Below, one piece after another: positions 37,201-51,600 of a stretch of 64,000 bases of DNA. The DNA comes from Tubulanus polymorphus. Taxonomy: Eukaryota > Animalia > Nemertea. A program made the translations under genes and the position numbers. Location: positions 20,082,950 through 20,146,949 of the forward strand of contig NC_134029.1 in assembly GCF_964204645.1 (NCBI RefSeq), given 5' to 3'. Under the pieces are notes generated by a model. It was not told where the DNA came from and searched no databases. It was given only the letters and a program-made list of their open reading frames with translations. Numbering within the stretch: position 1 is the stretch's first letter; each line of letters opens with the position of its first letter.

Positions 37201-38627
37201 CGAGACCAGTCGTCGTTTTGAATGTCGAGTTTGCGCGGTAATGATGAATACAGACCGCTCAGACCAGTCGCTAATACCTACAATCATATAAATTAATATC
37301 CTAAACTAAATATCTCAACTGGGGTGAACTTCAGTTTTTCGTAGTTATTCGACTATTAGTGAACTAGGGGAAACCAAATGTCGGTTATAGTCCGAACTGC
37401 AGTCCAAAAGTAGCGAACCAACACTATTCAGGACAGTTACTGTAGTTCGGACATAGTTCCAAGATGGCCACCACTGTGATTTATGCATAAAGTAAAACTA
37501 TAGTGCGTTCGATTATTAGTTCCAACCACTCTGATATCTTGTAATGGCATCCATTTACAATAAAATTAATGGTTCTTTCTCTAAGTCTTTAAGTTACACT
37601 AATCTTACTATTTCGGATACCAAAAGTACAAAATAAACCCTTAGTAAGCACTTTGTAAATTTTTTTGGCGAAAAGCAGGCACTTTTAAAAGGGGCTTTCT
37701 GAATTTCTTCAATAGTAAAGTAAGCGCTTAGGAGACTCGCTTTGAACCCTAGGCCTATTTGTTGATACATACAGAAATGAAATGAACTTTAAAACTTACG
37801 GGACAGAAATCCGAATTTTCCGCGATGTACATTCCGATATTTTCATTCTGCGACGAAAGCGCCATGATCAATAACAGCGCGTCGCGCGCCTGCTGCCCGA
37901 TCGGGCCTTCCTTATGCACGTACGGTATCAACAGCGAAAACATGAAAAACCTCGCCGGGCCCTGCTCCGTACTGGCCGAAAAGAACAACTCCAACAGATT
38001 ATGATTCTGCGTCAACGCGACGCACAGTTGATTCAACACAAGTATCAGGTGCGTTTCGATCGGCGTGTTCGGACAATCGGCGCAACTCGCCAACAAACTC
38101 AACAGCGGCCGAATCAACGGCTTGTGCACGATCAATGGCTGATTGCCCTGGTTGATGATCATTTCGTACAGTTTCAACAGTTCCAACTTGAGTCGTTGGT
38201 GAAACTCGGAGTTCTTGACGCACCACGAACAAACGCGTTCCATGATGTTCTCGCAAAGCAGGAACTGCAAAATCGGACCCTGCGAGCCGTTCGTGCTGCT
38301 TTTCTCTTCGACGAGCAGCAACAACATCTGATCGAGGTACCGCAACACGGCCTGCACGTCGTCGCCGGTCGCGCGTAGTTTGTTGTTATTTTGGCCGTTT
38401 GGCCGTTCGATGATGGCGACGATTTGCAGCCAATGACACTGAAACACCTCGAGCATCGTATCCGGATCCGTATCGCATCGTTGGCGCGTCGGCGAACCTT
38501 GTTTGACGCCGCCACCGCGTATCGGTGAGCCGTGTTTACCGGGCATTGTCTTCGTATCGCTTTTAATGCCGAAACTATTCATTAACGACCATCGTCTGCT
38601 CGCACTATTGCGGCGAAATATGCTCAT
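25264..38627 (-). CDS. FHIP1: FHF complex subunit HOOK-interacting protein 1 (FAM160A family)
   Basis: Phase-consistent core exons: 38627-37800, 37277-37119, 36613-36527, 34886-34719, 34249-34170, 34085-33918, 29069-28051, 27458-27280, 26141-25904, 25547-25264. Motifs: GPIGQQARDALLLIM, FCPVLATGLSGLYSSLPRKL, FLNSLEFCNAVVQVAHPLVR, YVNLLLTGVIARLAYYPQPLL, VKNSVYAAIVLEEFLKELAAISQEHAV. Probable non-coding first exon near 41223-41290. Confidence 0.92.
25611..25887. mobile_element. MITE CAGGGTGGCCACT...AGTGGCCACCCTG with 5-bp TSD TAGAC
   Basis: Perfect 13-bp TIR and TSD; internal TTCCC(T/C)GA subrepeats. Related ends at 27817-27980 (tandemly duplicated), 43054-43285 and about 50660. Confidence 0.75.
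26583..26820. mobile_element. Two abutting foldback MITEs sharing a CTG junction
   Basis: CAG-GGGCCAGTTGCTCAAAA...TTTTGAGCAACTGGCCC-CTG-GACCCAGTTCCACAG...CTGTGGAACTGGACCC. Confidence 0.75.
29223..29480. mobile_element. piggyBac-type MITE, copy 2
   Basis: Same TIR and internal sequence as 7091-7367, in the opposite orientation. Confidence 0.75.
30680..30922. mobile_element. piggyBac-type MITE, copy 3
   Basis: TTAA flanks; shares internal GAAAGATGGCAGCACCTGTC with 7091-7367. Confidence 0.75.
31246..31395 (-). CDS. FHIP1: Probable cassette exon of FHIP1 (150 nt, phase 2-2)
   Basis: Acceptor ttgcag, donor gtatgt. Open in the required frame (RKQSSSRKPAPTTSRTRGRITSGLVSLLGSLRELTRVESSRRPISPPPP). 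Confidence 0.6.
32477..32554 (-). CDS. FHIP1: Possible cassette exon of FHIP1 (78 nt, phase 2-2)
   Basis: Acceptor atcag, strong donor gtaagg, open frame DHTRCLSDLSPACTRSQSHDCDMRL. Weak polypyrimidine tract. Confidence 0.4.
32680..33051. mobile_element. Composite MITE (AGGGTCCCT termini) containing a nested TACAGTAGACT...AGTCTACTGTA element at 32748-32899
   Basis: Both TIR pairs are visible. Homologous partial composites at about 4638-4907 and 5641-5960; a free inner-type element at 36848-36989. Confidence 0.65.
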
Positions 38628-41284
38628 CTAAAAACCCATCGCTTCGGATTATAGCTGATGAAGCATTGTTGATCTCTAGCTACCAGCTACAGCTACCTGA
38701 AAAACACAAAATTCATTAAAATGTGCAAAAATGAACTGTTGCATGTTTTTATGAGAAAACAAAACAAAAACAAACTACAGTAAACCTGGTCTGAGGTAAA
38801 CAACGTCCAAGTTAAGGATAGGAAAATATGTTAGCAAGCCACAAGAATGATTTCATTTTTGTCTCCTGTAAGTCAAACGTCTGCGGTGGCTATGTCCGAG
38901 TAAGGCAAGGTTTGCAGTATAAAAGGACTACGGTGTGTAAAGGCATTACAGAAACTAGGCCTATCTTTGACTACTTCTCAGATATTAACTATCGTAACTG
39001 GTAGGGATAATTACCGGTACACTTGGGAATATTCCGAACCCGCAAAGAAGGAAGTAGTATTTAATGAAGGAAGTAGTATTTAATCAAGTCTCTACGCACT
39101 GACCCAATAAAACATGTAGCAGCCTAGACACAGCTAGTAGAATTAATCAACATTACATCATAGTACAATAGTACAGCGTTGTAAAATGAAATCATATTCA
39201 ACAGCTACACAGCAGACTTGATAAATACGGTGTAATAAGCGATATAAAAGTTCAGACCAATTAAGCGTTTGAATGGTTGATAACTAAAATTGTGTTCAAA
39301 TGCTTACACAGCGACTATGACAAATTACTTTTTTTTTCTACACCGCAATAACCATTGATATGAAATTTCAGACCAATTAAGCTATATGAAATATTTTCAA
39401 TAACTGCCTAAGCTTCGAGTTACCGTTTTTGACTTGCTGATAAATGACTGGTTCACACGATGATATAAGCATTCAGAATAGCCTGACAGTATCAAGACCG
39501 AAGGAAATCAATTTTCAGATTTGATAATAACAAAATAAGTCTCAAGTACAAGTAGTTTATCGATGATTCGACCTCATCGCGGAACATCAAAATTAGTCAA
39601 TTATCACTCGACCTAAATCAACAGTTTAGAAGGTAGACTTTCTAAAACAAAAACATGTTCTGAATAGGCCTAGGCCTACACTGTAGTTTCCATTTTCATA
39701 CATTAAAACAGTGATAGTAATGGAGCTTGTGAAAAAATGTATGCTTTTATATAGGCATTTAGCCTATGTTAAGTCAAATGCAGTATTTGATGAATAGTAT
39801 CTGGACTAATAGCTATTTTAGCGATCTAAAATTCATTTCTTTTTGAGGGCTCTCTGTTGCATGGGTGAGGAATGAGGGGTCATTACGATAGTTGTAGAAG
39901 CTAGTGAATATCATTAGAAAGTACCAAATTTATATTATTCAACCTAAATTGAGGTTAGCATCAATGTTTTCTACAATGCAGTATAATTGGTACACCAAAA
40001 AATGATCGGATGTGTACATTAAGCTATAAGATCTCTTGCTTTATAATTGGGAACAGTAACTTACAAGAGAAGTATAAAATTCCTGGTATTAATCGGGTCA
40101 CCAGTCTATCTTTTCGACACAATATCTTTCATCATCGCTATAACTATCACTGATATCAGTAGAATTATAGATTATCTATTCAAAACTTAATCAAAATTGA
40201 TAAATTCGAAATGGAGGTCGGTGTTTAGAACAGGGGAACCTGGGTTACTTTAAAAAAATTCAGGGGACCAGAAAATCTTTTCATTATAACCGGTAGTTCT
40301 GTATATAGCTGATCCTCATTTCAAATAACTTCAGATCTGATCAGAAAATCTGTTTGTCATAACCGATAGTTCTGTATAGGCCCTATAGCGCAACCTCGTT
40401 ACAACTAACTTCAGATCTGATCAGAAAATCTGTTCGTTTATAACAGATAATTCGTTCGATCGAGTATGAAATTGGCAAAACTGTCTTATTTGGCACGAAA
40501 GGTTTGTTATAATTGATAAATCATTGTATCTGAGGTTCCACTGTAAATAAGCTCAGAATCCTGCGTCATTTACATTTTCAGGCGTGGATCATGTAATAAC
40601 CTAATCCATTCGAGGGCTTGTAACAAAACTACAGCATCTGCATTTGAACTACTAAATTGTGGTTAGTTAATTTAACTGCCTAACCACACATCAGCTTCAT
40701 CCAGACTCAGCAATGCCAGCAGGCTATTTTATTACAGGGAACCCCCTATAGTTATCGGGTACCCCCTTTTAAGATCCCCCTTAGTTACTACTACCCCCTA
40801 CTACAATGAGTGATATTACGTACAAACTCATTGGTTGGTCTGATGGTGACATCATATAGGCCGGAACTACGAGAACAAGAAAAAGAACAAGGCGGGTGAG
40901 TGGTAGGCGGGTGGGTGTATCTGCCCTTCCTCTCCGAAACCAATTATTTAATTTATCAAATGAGAGAAAGTTAGCAATTCGATTCTAGAAAAACTCCCAT
41001 CAACAGCAGCAGCACATCTAACGGAATATCTGTACAAAATCGAAACAGCTGGATTTTTAATAGGATTTATTGATTTTTATTGAAATCTAAATGTCAACTT
41101 CAGAATCACGATTAGTAATCCCGATCCATTCAGCGTAAGCCCGACACCAAAACTAAATCACAGTCGTTACGAAAGTGCGGTAGATTTTCGTGAAACCGTT
41201 GAACGGATACGAATATACTTACGACAAGACGATCAGTAGTATTTAGATTAAAATTACTTAATTTTCAATTCAATCAAATCAATT

Positions 41285-41340
41285 CGGGCCGCCATATTTG
41301 TGTCACGTGAACAAACAAAGTACTTGTTGACCCGGAAGCG
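41285..41340. promoter_or_regulatory. Putative bidirectional promoter core for FHIP1 and SH3RF1
   Basis: YY1-like CCGCCATATT, E-box GTCACGTGA and ETS-like CCGGAAG clustered between the divergent genes. Minus-strand GTAAGT donor near 41222. Confidence 0.5.
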
Positions 41341-42657
41341 AATAAATCAGATCAATTAATTTTATTAAATTTTTCAAAATGATTTTAAATCGATTTTAAT
41401 TTTGATGTGACATTTTGAGAGAAAATCAAACGGGTCTGTGCAAAAATCCAGCAAATTCTATCCGATAATCGGGGAGTGTCAACTTAGGCTCTATTCTTTT
41501 TATTCGCATTGATTAAACAGCTAAATAATTCTAGTAATTACAGGGTATTCTGTTCTGTTCGAAATGACATTATGTAGCAGATTAGAATTATTCATTTTGT
41601 TGAATAGAGTTTGATATTTCTTAGATAAATAAAGTAAATTTAATTGAAATCGTACTCATCCGCGCACACTTGGTTTCGATAGTCTTTCCCGGCAAATGAA
41701 TTATACCCGCTATAATATCTTAACCCTAATTTTGGCGTTTAAAGTCTATGAAAAAGCAATCTTATTGCATCTTGGAGCTTTTAAGTGAATAGAAGTGGAA
41801 ACTATATTTCACATGTTGCGGATGTAGAACAACCACCGCTATAGGAAGGTGTTGTTCGGTCTGTCAAAGTGTCCTGCTGATAATTCGATAATTCCACTGA
41901 ACTAATATAGATTATCGGATTATTACGACGTTTTTAAATTAGAAAGGTAAGCTGATGGATTAATCCTACTCTAGTGAAATGTTTGGGAGCTGTTGAGAGA
42001 CAATTCGAGAGTTGGGAGGGGTTCAATCGAACGGAGACGAACATTAATTTTCTTCGTTGATTTCTTCCAAATTCCATAAAAAACCCTTGCCTATCATCAC
42101 AAATACTATACTAATCCTAATCGAATCCTACTACAATCAATGCCAGGCCGAACTTAGCATTTGAATTTTTGGGAGTAGAAAGAAACCTGACAAAAAGGGC
42201 TATTGGATGTAACGATATCAAGCCCCAAAAAGGGGTATCTGTCCCCGCGGCCTGGGCCATGTAGTTAGTTACCTAATCGGACGTTGGTGGTAAGCTTTTT
42301 ATAATCGGGTGGGCTTATACCAACAGTGTGGTTTGTGAAAATATCAAATCGTGAAACTCAACCACAGACAGGTTACTGACCGCAATCACTGGTCACCTGT
42401 CCCGCTAAAAGGATTAACTTGGTATGGAAAGATACATAATCATTGGCATTCAGAAAATCTCAGATCTGAATTCCCACAACCTTTGTTGTAACATTTCAGT
42501 AGTTAAAAAATGATTCAGAAAAATACAAGAAATTTTATTTAAACGAATGCTTTTGATTGACATTTATTCATATAAAGAAATTCTCAAAGTTGAGTTAAGC
42601 TTTATTCAAGCGTTCCTCCTTTTCTATTTTCAGTCCTGGTTTCATCAGAAATGGATA

Positions 42658-45600
42658 ATGGATGAACAGGCGTTGAATGAATTATTGGAATGTTCGGTGT
42701 GTTTAGAGCAGCTCGATTCGTCGAGTAAAGTTCTGCCGTGTCAGCACACGTTCTGTCGTCGGTGCCTCGACGAGATCGTCTGCGCGAAAAGCGAACTGCG
42801 CTGTCCCGAATGTCGGACGCTCGTCGATATCGCCGTCGACAACCTGCCGCCGAATATTCTGCTCGTGCGTTTGTTGGAAGGATTGAAAACGCAATGTCGA
42901 CTGAGCGCCGTTCAACAGACGACCGTTCACGCGGGGATCGGTCAAACCGCGGACCCCGGCGCGGAAAAACCTCATCAATCTTCCACGACTCATCATTCTC
43001 TCAAGGTGAGCTCTCTTACAGTTTTTCGGAATTTAACCTTTTTTCGTGTAGAACAGAGTGGCCACTGACCTGGAAAACTCCAGAACCAAAAACTAGGGGA
43101 ATTCCGATAAAATGCTATTGACCACGTGTTTCTTTATCGGTACATGATTCAATGAAAAACGAATGAATTCTAGCATTTTTAGACCTACAAATTTCTCCAA
43201 TTCATTCTTACAATTTTGTGTAATCACATGGAAAACTCAGGGGAAACTCAAGGGATATGTAAATGGGCGGAAAGTGGCCACCCTGTAAAATATTAGGATC
43301 CTTATACTCCAGGGCCCGGTTTCGTACACCGAGTAACAAAGTTATCCTTAGGGGTAAATCCTCAATCTGGGTGACAACCACCATAGTTGCAAGGAGAAAC
43401 CATGGTTCTAACAGACAAATTACAAAATTTTCCCAGGGACTATTTTTCTTCCACATCTATGAAACCCACCCCAGGAGAGTACACATTTTTGACTGACATT
43501 GAATTAGATTCTTGGGCACATTCTATGCACCGACCTATATCAGCTAGAATATTTTTCGTGCCCGATTATTAGATTTGCTACTCAGAGCTTCGATATTCCA
43601 AATTCACAGAGATCATCAGCTGTTAAATCGAGTTCAGATGAACTGAATTGAAGAAGAAAATAATTCGATCTAAGAATTATACCTTTTTGTGAAACTTGGC
43701 ACACATTTCATTGGAATGAATTGAAGCAATTAATATTCAAACAGCTCTACGTCATAAATCAATATTCAAACAGTACCTCATAGCCTTATGAATGCCTATA
43801 TTTAGTAATAGTCATCACTTCTGAAAGTACTGACTTTCCTCACAGACTTGACCCTTTGAAATACTTGCGAGTAACGTGGAAAGAAGAATTCTCGGTAGAA
43901 AGATGCGTTGTTACTGGTTGTGATGACATTTGTAGAATGATCATGATTTAGGCGAGGATGAGCCCTTCTAAAACGATATTCGAAGCACTCATTCCCTCCT
44001 CTCTGATGTCGAGAATTCCTTCCTTCACCTGTTGTGCTCGTAATACAACAACGGTAAGCACCATCACGGCTGCCTACACTACAATGGATATAGATTGTTG
44101 GGAATTAGGCACAGTTTGGGATCTGATTGAAAAGGAACTCAAAATGGTGCAGATATATTATATTCAGGTTTGGTTATTCAGTCCAACGTTACTTTCTCTC
44201 ATCAATTCATGTTTAGCCTGATATATCTAAATCGCATATGATGATAACGAAAAAATTTATTTTCTTTAATAATCAATTTTGCGATCAAAAATGATTTTAT
44301 TTTAAGTTATTGCGAAAAGAAATGAATTGTAAATTATTTTTCCCAATTTGATACCGCTAGTTGTAGCCGCTGGCTCGAAAATTTCCACCAAAGTCCATAG
44401 GGAATTTTTCAATACATGCAACCATATATTGTGGTCAAATTCAGTTCTGTAAATAGCGAACAGTGTGTACGTCGAAGGTCATGAGACAGTGCCAAAAAGT
44501 AGATACATTTATGAAGCCGTTTCCTGTATTCTGGGAATTTAATTCGCTTCATTAGTCGACGACTATTAACCGATTAACTGTTAGTGAATTATTATCGCAA
44601 AAACAGGTCAGTGCATGCCTCTTGATATTCACGTGACGGGGGCATGAATCGAAATCGAAATTATTCATGAAACTTTTTTTTTTCATTCTTTATTTTAGAA
44701 GATTAATGTTAGTCGGCCGTGCGCTCAGGCATTGTATAACTACGACGCGTTAGATCCAAGGTAAGCCGAACGATTATCATTCTAACAATACAATAATGAC
44801 GTACAGATATTGTTTTCATGATTCGGATAGGCGCGCATAAAAACAGACATTTCGAAAACGATTACCAATAACTATTAGTAATTGTAAGGCTCAGTGTATT
44901 GAATATGTTTTACGTAGAAATCTGTTATATACTATCAACTGTGCCTCATACGGAAAATAGTTGATGATGTAATTAGTAATTGTAGATTGATAAATAATAG
45001 TCAATTAAACGTGACTTCTAGAAAAAGAGTACATTGTACTTAATGAATATGATGTATATCTGTAAAGTAAATGGCCTAACTCGAACGAACTGGGACCGGC
45101 AAAATCAGTTCGAGTAATGGATAGAAAAATACTTAGGAATTTAGAAAGATAATTCGATTTTTGTCCAAGCTAGTCAAAAGTCTTAAGTTAACCATGTCCG
45201 AGTAAGGCAAGGTGCTACAAAATAAAATACAGAAATTGGGACTAAAATAATGAATTTGAACACGGATAATGACGATATATAACATTATAGATTGAGTACC
45301 GAGTGTAGGTAGATGATATTATAGTCCACTTTACGCTTAGTTTATGAGAGAACGAACTATAGTCAGAGTGTATTATGTTATGCGTAAACCGCAGGAATGC
45401 GCACTCGGATTATCGTTACATCTTAGTTCTGTTGATTGACAGGCAGAACGAGTAGCGGCGCGTAATGCTACATATTTCTTCATTCATTCATTTGCTCATT
45501 TTTTTCTTTCTCTCGCAGCGATCTTTCATTCAAGAAGGACGAGTTGATATATTTGCGTCGACAGGTCGACGATAATTGGTTCCACGGCGAGATCCACGGT

Positions 45601-48600
45601 AAACACGGTTTCTTCCCGGCGAGCTATGTTCAGGTATATATCGTCGTCATCATTTTTTATCCGATCGATGAAGAAATTAATCCCGGCCCGCGGCCTGAAA
45701 AAATTCTAGTTCCGCTCATTTATAATTTAAAAGGAAATATGAAGCAGAAACGTTTTACTTACAACTATTACATCATACTACATATGTGTTAAAATTTTTT
45801 CATCTACTTAGACCTTTGTAATATCAACGGATATTGCTCAGAGGCCATATCTGAGATAGAAAATTTAGAAAATTTTCTTGGAGGATGGCCCGTACCGTAC
45901 CAGCCAAATTACTAACGAACTCACCAGCTACGGGCCTGTAATCGACAGTAATTATTAGTGAAATGGGTTGGTTTATCGATTATGTAACTGATTAATATTG
46001 ATTTGTATGAAAATTTAGACTCGATTGTCAAAGTAATCCATCTCGATGTTTATTTCCACGGGTGGATCCAAGAATTTTGAAAAGGGGGCCGAAACATCCT
46101 AGGCCTAGTTGTATATACATTCGTACTTGGTTCATGACCGCGAGCACTGTAGGCGTGAAGCCTCTTACTCTTTGAAAATGTTTTCAGAAAAAATGGTTCA
46201 TTTTCTGAGCATCTAGAGCGACTAGAACGAAATGACCAGCAATGATTTGCCACTATATGTGCAACTTTCTTATGCTACGTTTTGAAAATGTTATCCTGGC
46301 AAAAAATAGGGGCCTGGGCCACTTTGGCCCTCCTTGGATCCACCACTGATTGCCCTGCTATATAAATTTAGCTTAAACGATCGAATGATATATTTTTTAG
46401 GTGATAACTCCGCTGCCCGACTCTTCCCCGAAGTGCAAGGCTTTGTATGACTTTCAAATCGATAATAAAGACAGCGGGAAAGACTGCGTCTTCTTTAAAA
46501 AGGTTAGCCGCGACGACGTTTTTTCAATATATTTCACGGAAGCGAACATCCGAAATATCATCATAATTCCCGGTAAGATCTATCTAGGGAAGTAGAAATA
46601 ATGATTTTCGGTATTTTTAGGATGATATATTGACAGTCCTACGTCGAGTCGATGAGAACTGGGCCGAAGGGAAACTCGGCGAAAAAATTGGCATCTTTCC
46701 CATTGCTTTCGTCGAGGTATTTATCATTAGATTCGACTTAACATCACTCATTTCGATTTATGTGTCGACATTAGTTAGTTTCATAAGTCAAGAGGTTTTT
46801 AGACCCTTCCTCGTCGTATATGGCAGCTTATCACGAAATAGTAATCGTTGCACATTTCCTCGGCAATTAAAATGTTAATGATCGTGTTAACGATATTTCG
46901 TGTACATCAGATTGAAATAGGAACGTCATCCTGTATTGATAGATTCAGTGATAAATTTGCTTTTTGGTTTTCAGTTGAATCATGCAGCTAAAGAACTCTT
47001 ATCAAAATCAGTGTAAGTAAATTCATCTTCGTAAAACTCGATTTTGATCGTTTTCATACGTATGATAGCTGCGTTCATTTAGCTGACCTAGCCAAATCAA
47101 TCTTAAGATCTTAAATTCAGTCCACTGAATGGAAACTGTCGAAATGGCTTAAAAATGACGTCGATTTGAGATTTGAATTGATCGAATCTTAACCCATCTG
47201 CAGAGCCGTTTTCAGAGCTTGGTGACATCTGAACCAACCTAGTTTTCAAATCAATGGCAGGCTAATTAGGTGTGACAAGCTTAGGGATCATAATAATGAA
47301 TCGATGATTTTGAATGTGGTGGATTTGTTCATTGCAGGTCGAAAACGACAAATAACCCAAACTGGCCTAGTCGTAATAGTAGCAAATCTAAAGTACTCAA
47401 TATCGAAACATTTCTTATTAGTAAACCCGGTGATTTGGCTTGTCCGTCTGTCCGATGGCAAACTATGTACGATAACGTAGTATACTCTCTGTTTTCCAGA
47501 CATAAATCGACCCCTCCGCCGACCCAGCCCTCATCTCGTCGTCCTCCCGCCCCGTCGCCTCAACATGCCTCGTCTTCGCGGCAGCTGACGTCGTCGCCGG
47601 TCGCCGCGATATCGAGGCATCAATCAAACTCGCCGAGCTCGTCGCCGCACTCGTCGTTGCACCGGCGTACGGAGTCGCCGCGTTCCGGTTCGTCGAGTCC
47701 GGCCGGTCTGAGTCCCTGTCCTTCTACTGCTGTCACCCAACAACATACTTCTTCATCTGCTGTTCATTCGAATCCGGACACTCCCACCAGTACCCCTCCC
47801 AGCGCTCCGCGACACCAGTCGATGGCCGTTCCGACGCCAGCCTTAGCTACAGTGATGTCGTCTACGCCGCAAGTACAGATTACGTCGGCGACTTCCGTTC
47901 CGAAAGCGGTCAGTCAAAATTCACAGGTAATAAATTCAACAAGTTTTCTCTCCTCGTTCTCAACCATGTTTCATTTTCAAACTTCTCAAATGGGCTGGTT
48001 TTCGTATATATGGAAGAAAGATAGTCCCTGGGAATATTTTGAAATTTGTCAGCTATAACCATGGTTTCTCATTGTTGCCATGGTTTCTCATTGTTACTAC
48101 GGTGGTTGTCATCCAGATTGAGGTTGATACTCAGTCTATGAAACCGGGCAATGTCTGAAAAGTGCTACTTTTTGACTCCCGGAAGTCATCTGAAAAAAGT
48201 TTATCACAACCGTAATAATCGTGCTACTTACGTAGGTGTTGATCAAATAAATACAAACCAAGCACACATCGCCCTGCATCACTTCTGGGCAATTAACTTA
48301 CCAGTGCATTTTATGGCATAAGCGATTTTATCTACAGGTTATATATACCGGTATATATTTATTTCGTAAATAAGAATTTACAATCGAGTTACAGAACAGA
48401 TTACATATGTATTGTATTATGTATCTTATACACGTGGACTAAACTTGCTATGATTTTACAAAACATGATTACGGTAGCAGTTACATTGTCAATCTCAGAC
48501 ATAAAAATTCACTAAAACTGCTTTTTACCGCTACAAACCTGGAAAAAGAAATCTTCATTTTAATTTTTCTCCGGATTGATTCAGATAATCGTGACCGGAA

Positions 48601-51600
48601 ACCGAAGTCTGGCTACAAATGTGACCGCGTCGAATAATCAAAATCTTGGTCCTCCACCGAGTGAGCCACCACCCCCGCCACCTCCGATGTAAGTTGTTAT
48701 TCGATTTTGTCGAGAGAATGCCACAATTATAATGAAAAACGGTCCTAAAATGTAACTGGAGCTGGTAGTTTATTCAACGTTTCGAGTATTATCCTAATAG
48801 TCATCTGCAGGAATACTGAGTTACAACAGAAATTATGAAATATATATATACGTACAATCCAGAGTCGAAGAGACTAATTTAAGTAATAAGAGATGATACA
48901 AACTAAAGGAAAATTAACATAGAAACAGTTATTCGATTTGTTTGACTGAATTACTACAATAGATTGCAGTTACTTATAACAAGGTTCCTACGACTGCTCG
49001 AATCCATAAAAACTCCTTCAAAACGTTAATCAACAAATTATTCGCGTAACGCATGTTGTGACTGTGCGTTCTTTTTCACAGTTACGTGGCCATCTATAAT
49101 TACAAGCCGCAAAAAGAGGATGAAATTTCCCTCGTGAAAGGCGAGCACTACACCGTGTCGGAAAAATGTCAGGACGGTTGGTTCAAGGGCATCTCGTTGA
49201 AAACCGGCAAGCTCGGCGTATTCCCCGGTAATTACGTACAGTTAGTCAAGTAAGTTTAGATATCGAAGATATTTTCGCGAACATCTTTACGAGAAAACTT
49301 CACTTATTAGATCGATTAATTTGTTAATGTTCGTAAATTGCAGGCACAAAACAGGCCCGCCTGTCCATTCTCCAGCCAGAAGCCCACAGTCTTCTTCAAA
49401 TGCTCAAGAATTACCCAGTCTTGATTATCAGGTAGTGTACATTGATGAATACGTTGCTTCTCTAGGGTTTATGATAGATTGTATACTAGAAATTCGGCTT
49501 TACCCAGTAGTGCTTGAGCTGAATATTTCACCGAGTTGAGAATCAGAGAATCGAAGGTTTTTCCGAATAAAGTTTTAGCGAAATTCACCAATTTGAGAGC
49601 AGTTTTCCGATAGTCTGATACATATCACCTCATACATTTCTGATATAATGAATGTGCTGAACCATATTTCTAAGCATACCAGGCTGTGGATTTTGTGGGT
49701 TAAGCGTAATCACATTATGCTACTGCGGAATCTTGTTAAAACGAACTTTGGGGTACGAGAAAATATGTTCGTAACAACGGATAATTCATTGTATCCAGTA
49801 TGAAATTAATGAAATTGATCTATAAGTCTAGGATTGTAATAACCGATAAATCATTCGATTTGTGTCATTAAAACGAGGTTCCACTGATCAGTGTCACTCA
49901 AATTGTTATTTCTATAAACATAAGCCAAAAAGTTAAGATATCAAAACATTGACATTTTTTAACGATTTTTAAAGATCTGAAATATAGGTTTTACACAAAA
50001 AACAACATATTTAGCTCTTTATTCATTACTTATTGCAAAATTTTACCTCTTTATTATTTCTGTGCTCATATATTTCAAAGGTGCGTGTATCTGAGTCGTC
50101 ATCGCAGAGTTTACAACCGCCGGCACTGCCGCCGAAAACCGCCAACTTGGTCGATCTTTCGCCTTCCAGTCAACCACCGCCGACCCCGGCTCGTAACCAC
50201 GACGACCCCGTGCACGTGATGTGTCAGGTGTCGACGCGACGTAACAGCGCTCCGGCCGAACGCAATTCCGGAGTGATAACGGTAGCCCTGCCGCCGCAGC
50301 GTAAATACAACAAACCGTTGCCGGCGGCGCCATCTACGCCGGTACATTCCTCGACGGATACTTCGTTTATAGTGTCTCCACCACCCCCGCCTCCGATGGC
50401 CGCTTGTAAAGACAGCAAGGTAGGTGTCGTATGATCGAGTTCGCGTTTATATTTTCCTCGAAGAAAATTCCCGTTCATTTCATCGACGCCTCGGGCTCGT
50501 GCCTACGTTGATATTGTACACACTTGTCCCGCTGTCGATGAAACATCTGTCAATTAAAACATTTTTAAACCAAGAAATTCTTCATGTTTACTCAAGGAAT
50601 TTTGTGTTATATCATGGAAAAATAAGGTTTAACACAAGGGATTTGTAAATGGGTGGAAAGTGGCCACCCTGAACTGTAATAATTACGAGACGAGTAGTAC
50701 TATATAGGTTAACTATTTCATTTGACGTACAAGCTTTCGCTACTAATGTATATGTAAAGTAGCTTCCGTTAATGTATTGTAGCATCAGGTGAATGATTGT
50801 TAGAACCTGTTACGATAATATATATAATCCATTGCAACATTGTTGAATAGACCGCTTTTTTCATTGCAGTCGAAAGATAAAAAAGATCGAGAAAAGGGCG
50901 GAATCATCAAATACCTGAAACAGCACGGACGCAGTAAAGCCAGCACGAAACACGCGCCGTCAGTCAGCGAGATCGGCGACGTGTCGATCAGTCACGGTCG
51001 ATCGAGTTCGTTAACCGGTATCGACAGCACCGGCGGTATATTAACGGTACCGGCTCCGCCTTCCGTTAAACACCACGGCGGCAGCTTGCAGAAAAAGGCG
51101 CTCGTCGAAATGAGCTCGGCGGCGAAACCTGTCCGACCTAAGCCGCTCATGAGAGAAAGGTATCGTGAATTATTGTCAATCGAAACGTCGATATTCCGAG
51201 ATCGTGAGGCCAGTTTTATAGAATTGATTTCAACTTGTGCCTTTGGGTTAACTAAATTTACTAATAGTTTACCACTCAGTTAAAAAAGTTAAAACTGATC
51301 TATAAAACTGGCCCCTGATCGTTATTTCTCCAAATGAAATTCCTTCTATTTTTGGTGCGATATGTAACAGTAGTTGATTTCAATTCTTCCATTCATAATC
51401 ATGATTAAGGCTGATCTTGATTTAGCGGGTTTCACTATACTATCTGTAAACAAACAGAAAAAAACTTTTCTTCCTTGAAATTTTTTCCGGAAAATTTTCT
51501 AATTCGATTGTTCCTTATTACAATACCGGTCAAATCGAGTATCCACCAACCTTGCATCATCCCCTGGCAGGGATTCAAAACTGATAGCATCAATTGCCCG

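Noticed and set aside
48058-48100. X-box-like GTTGCCATGGTTTC repeats
   Set aside because: Part of a dispersed repeat (related sequence at 43310-43420) inside an intron.
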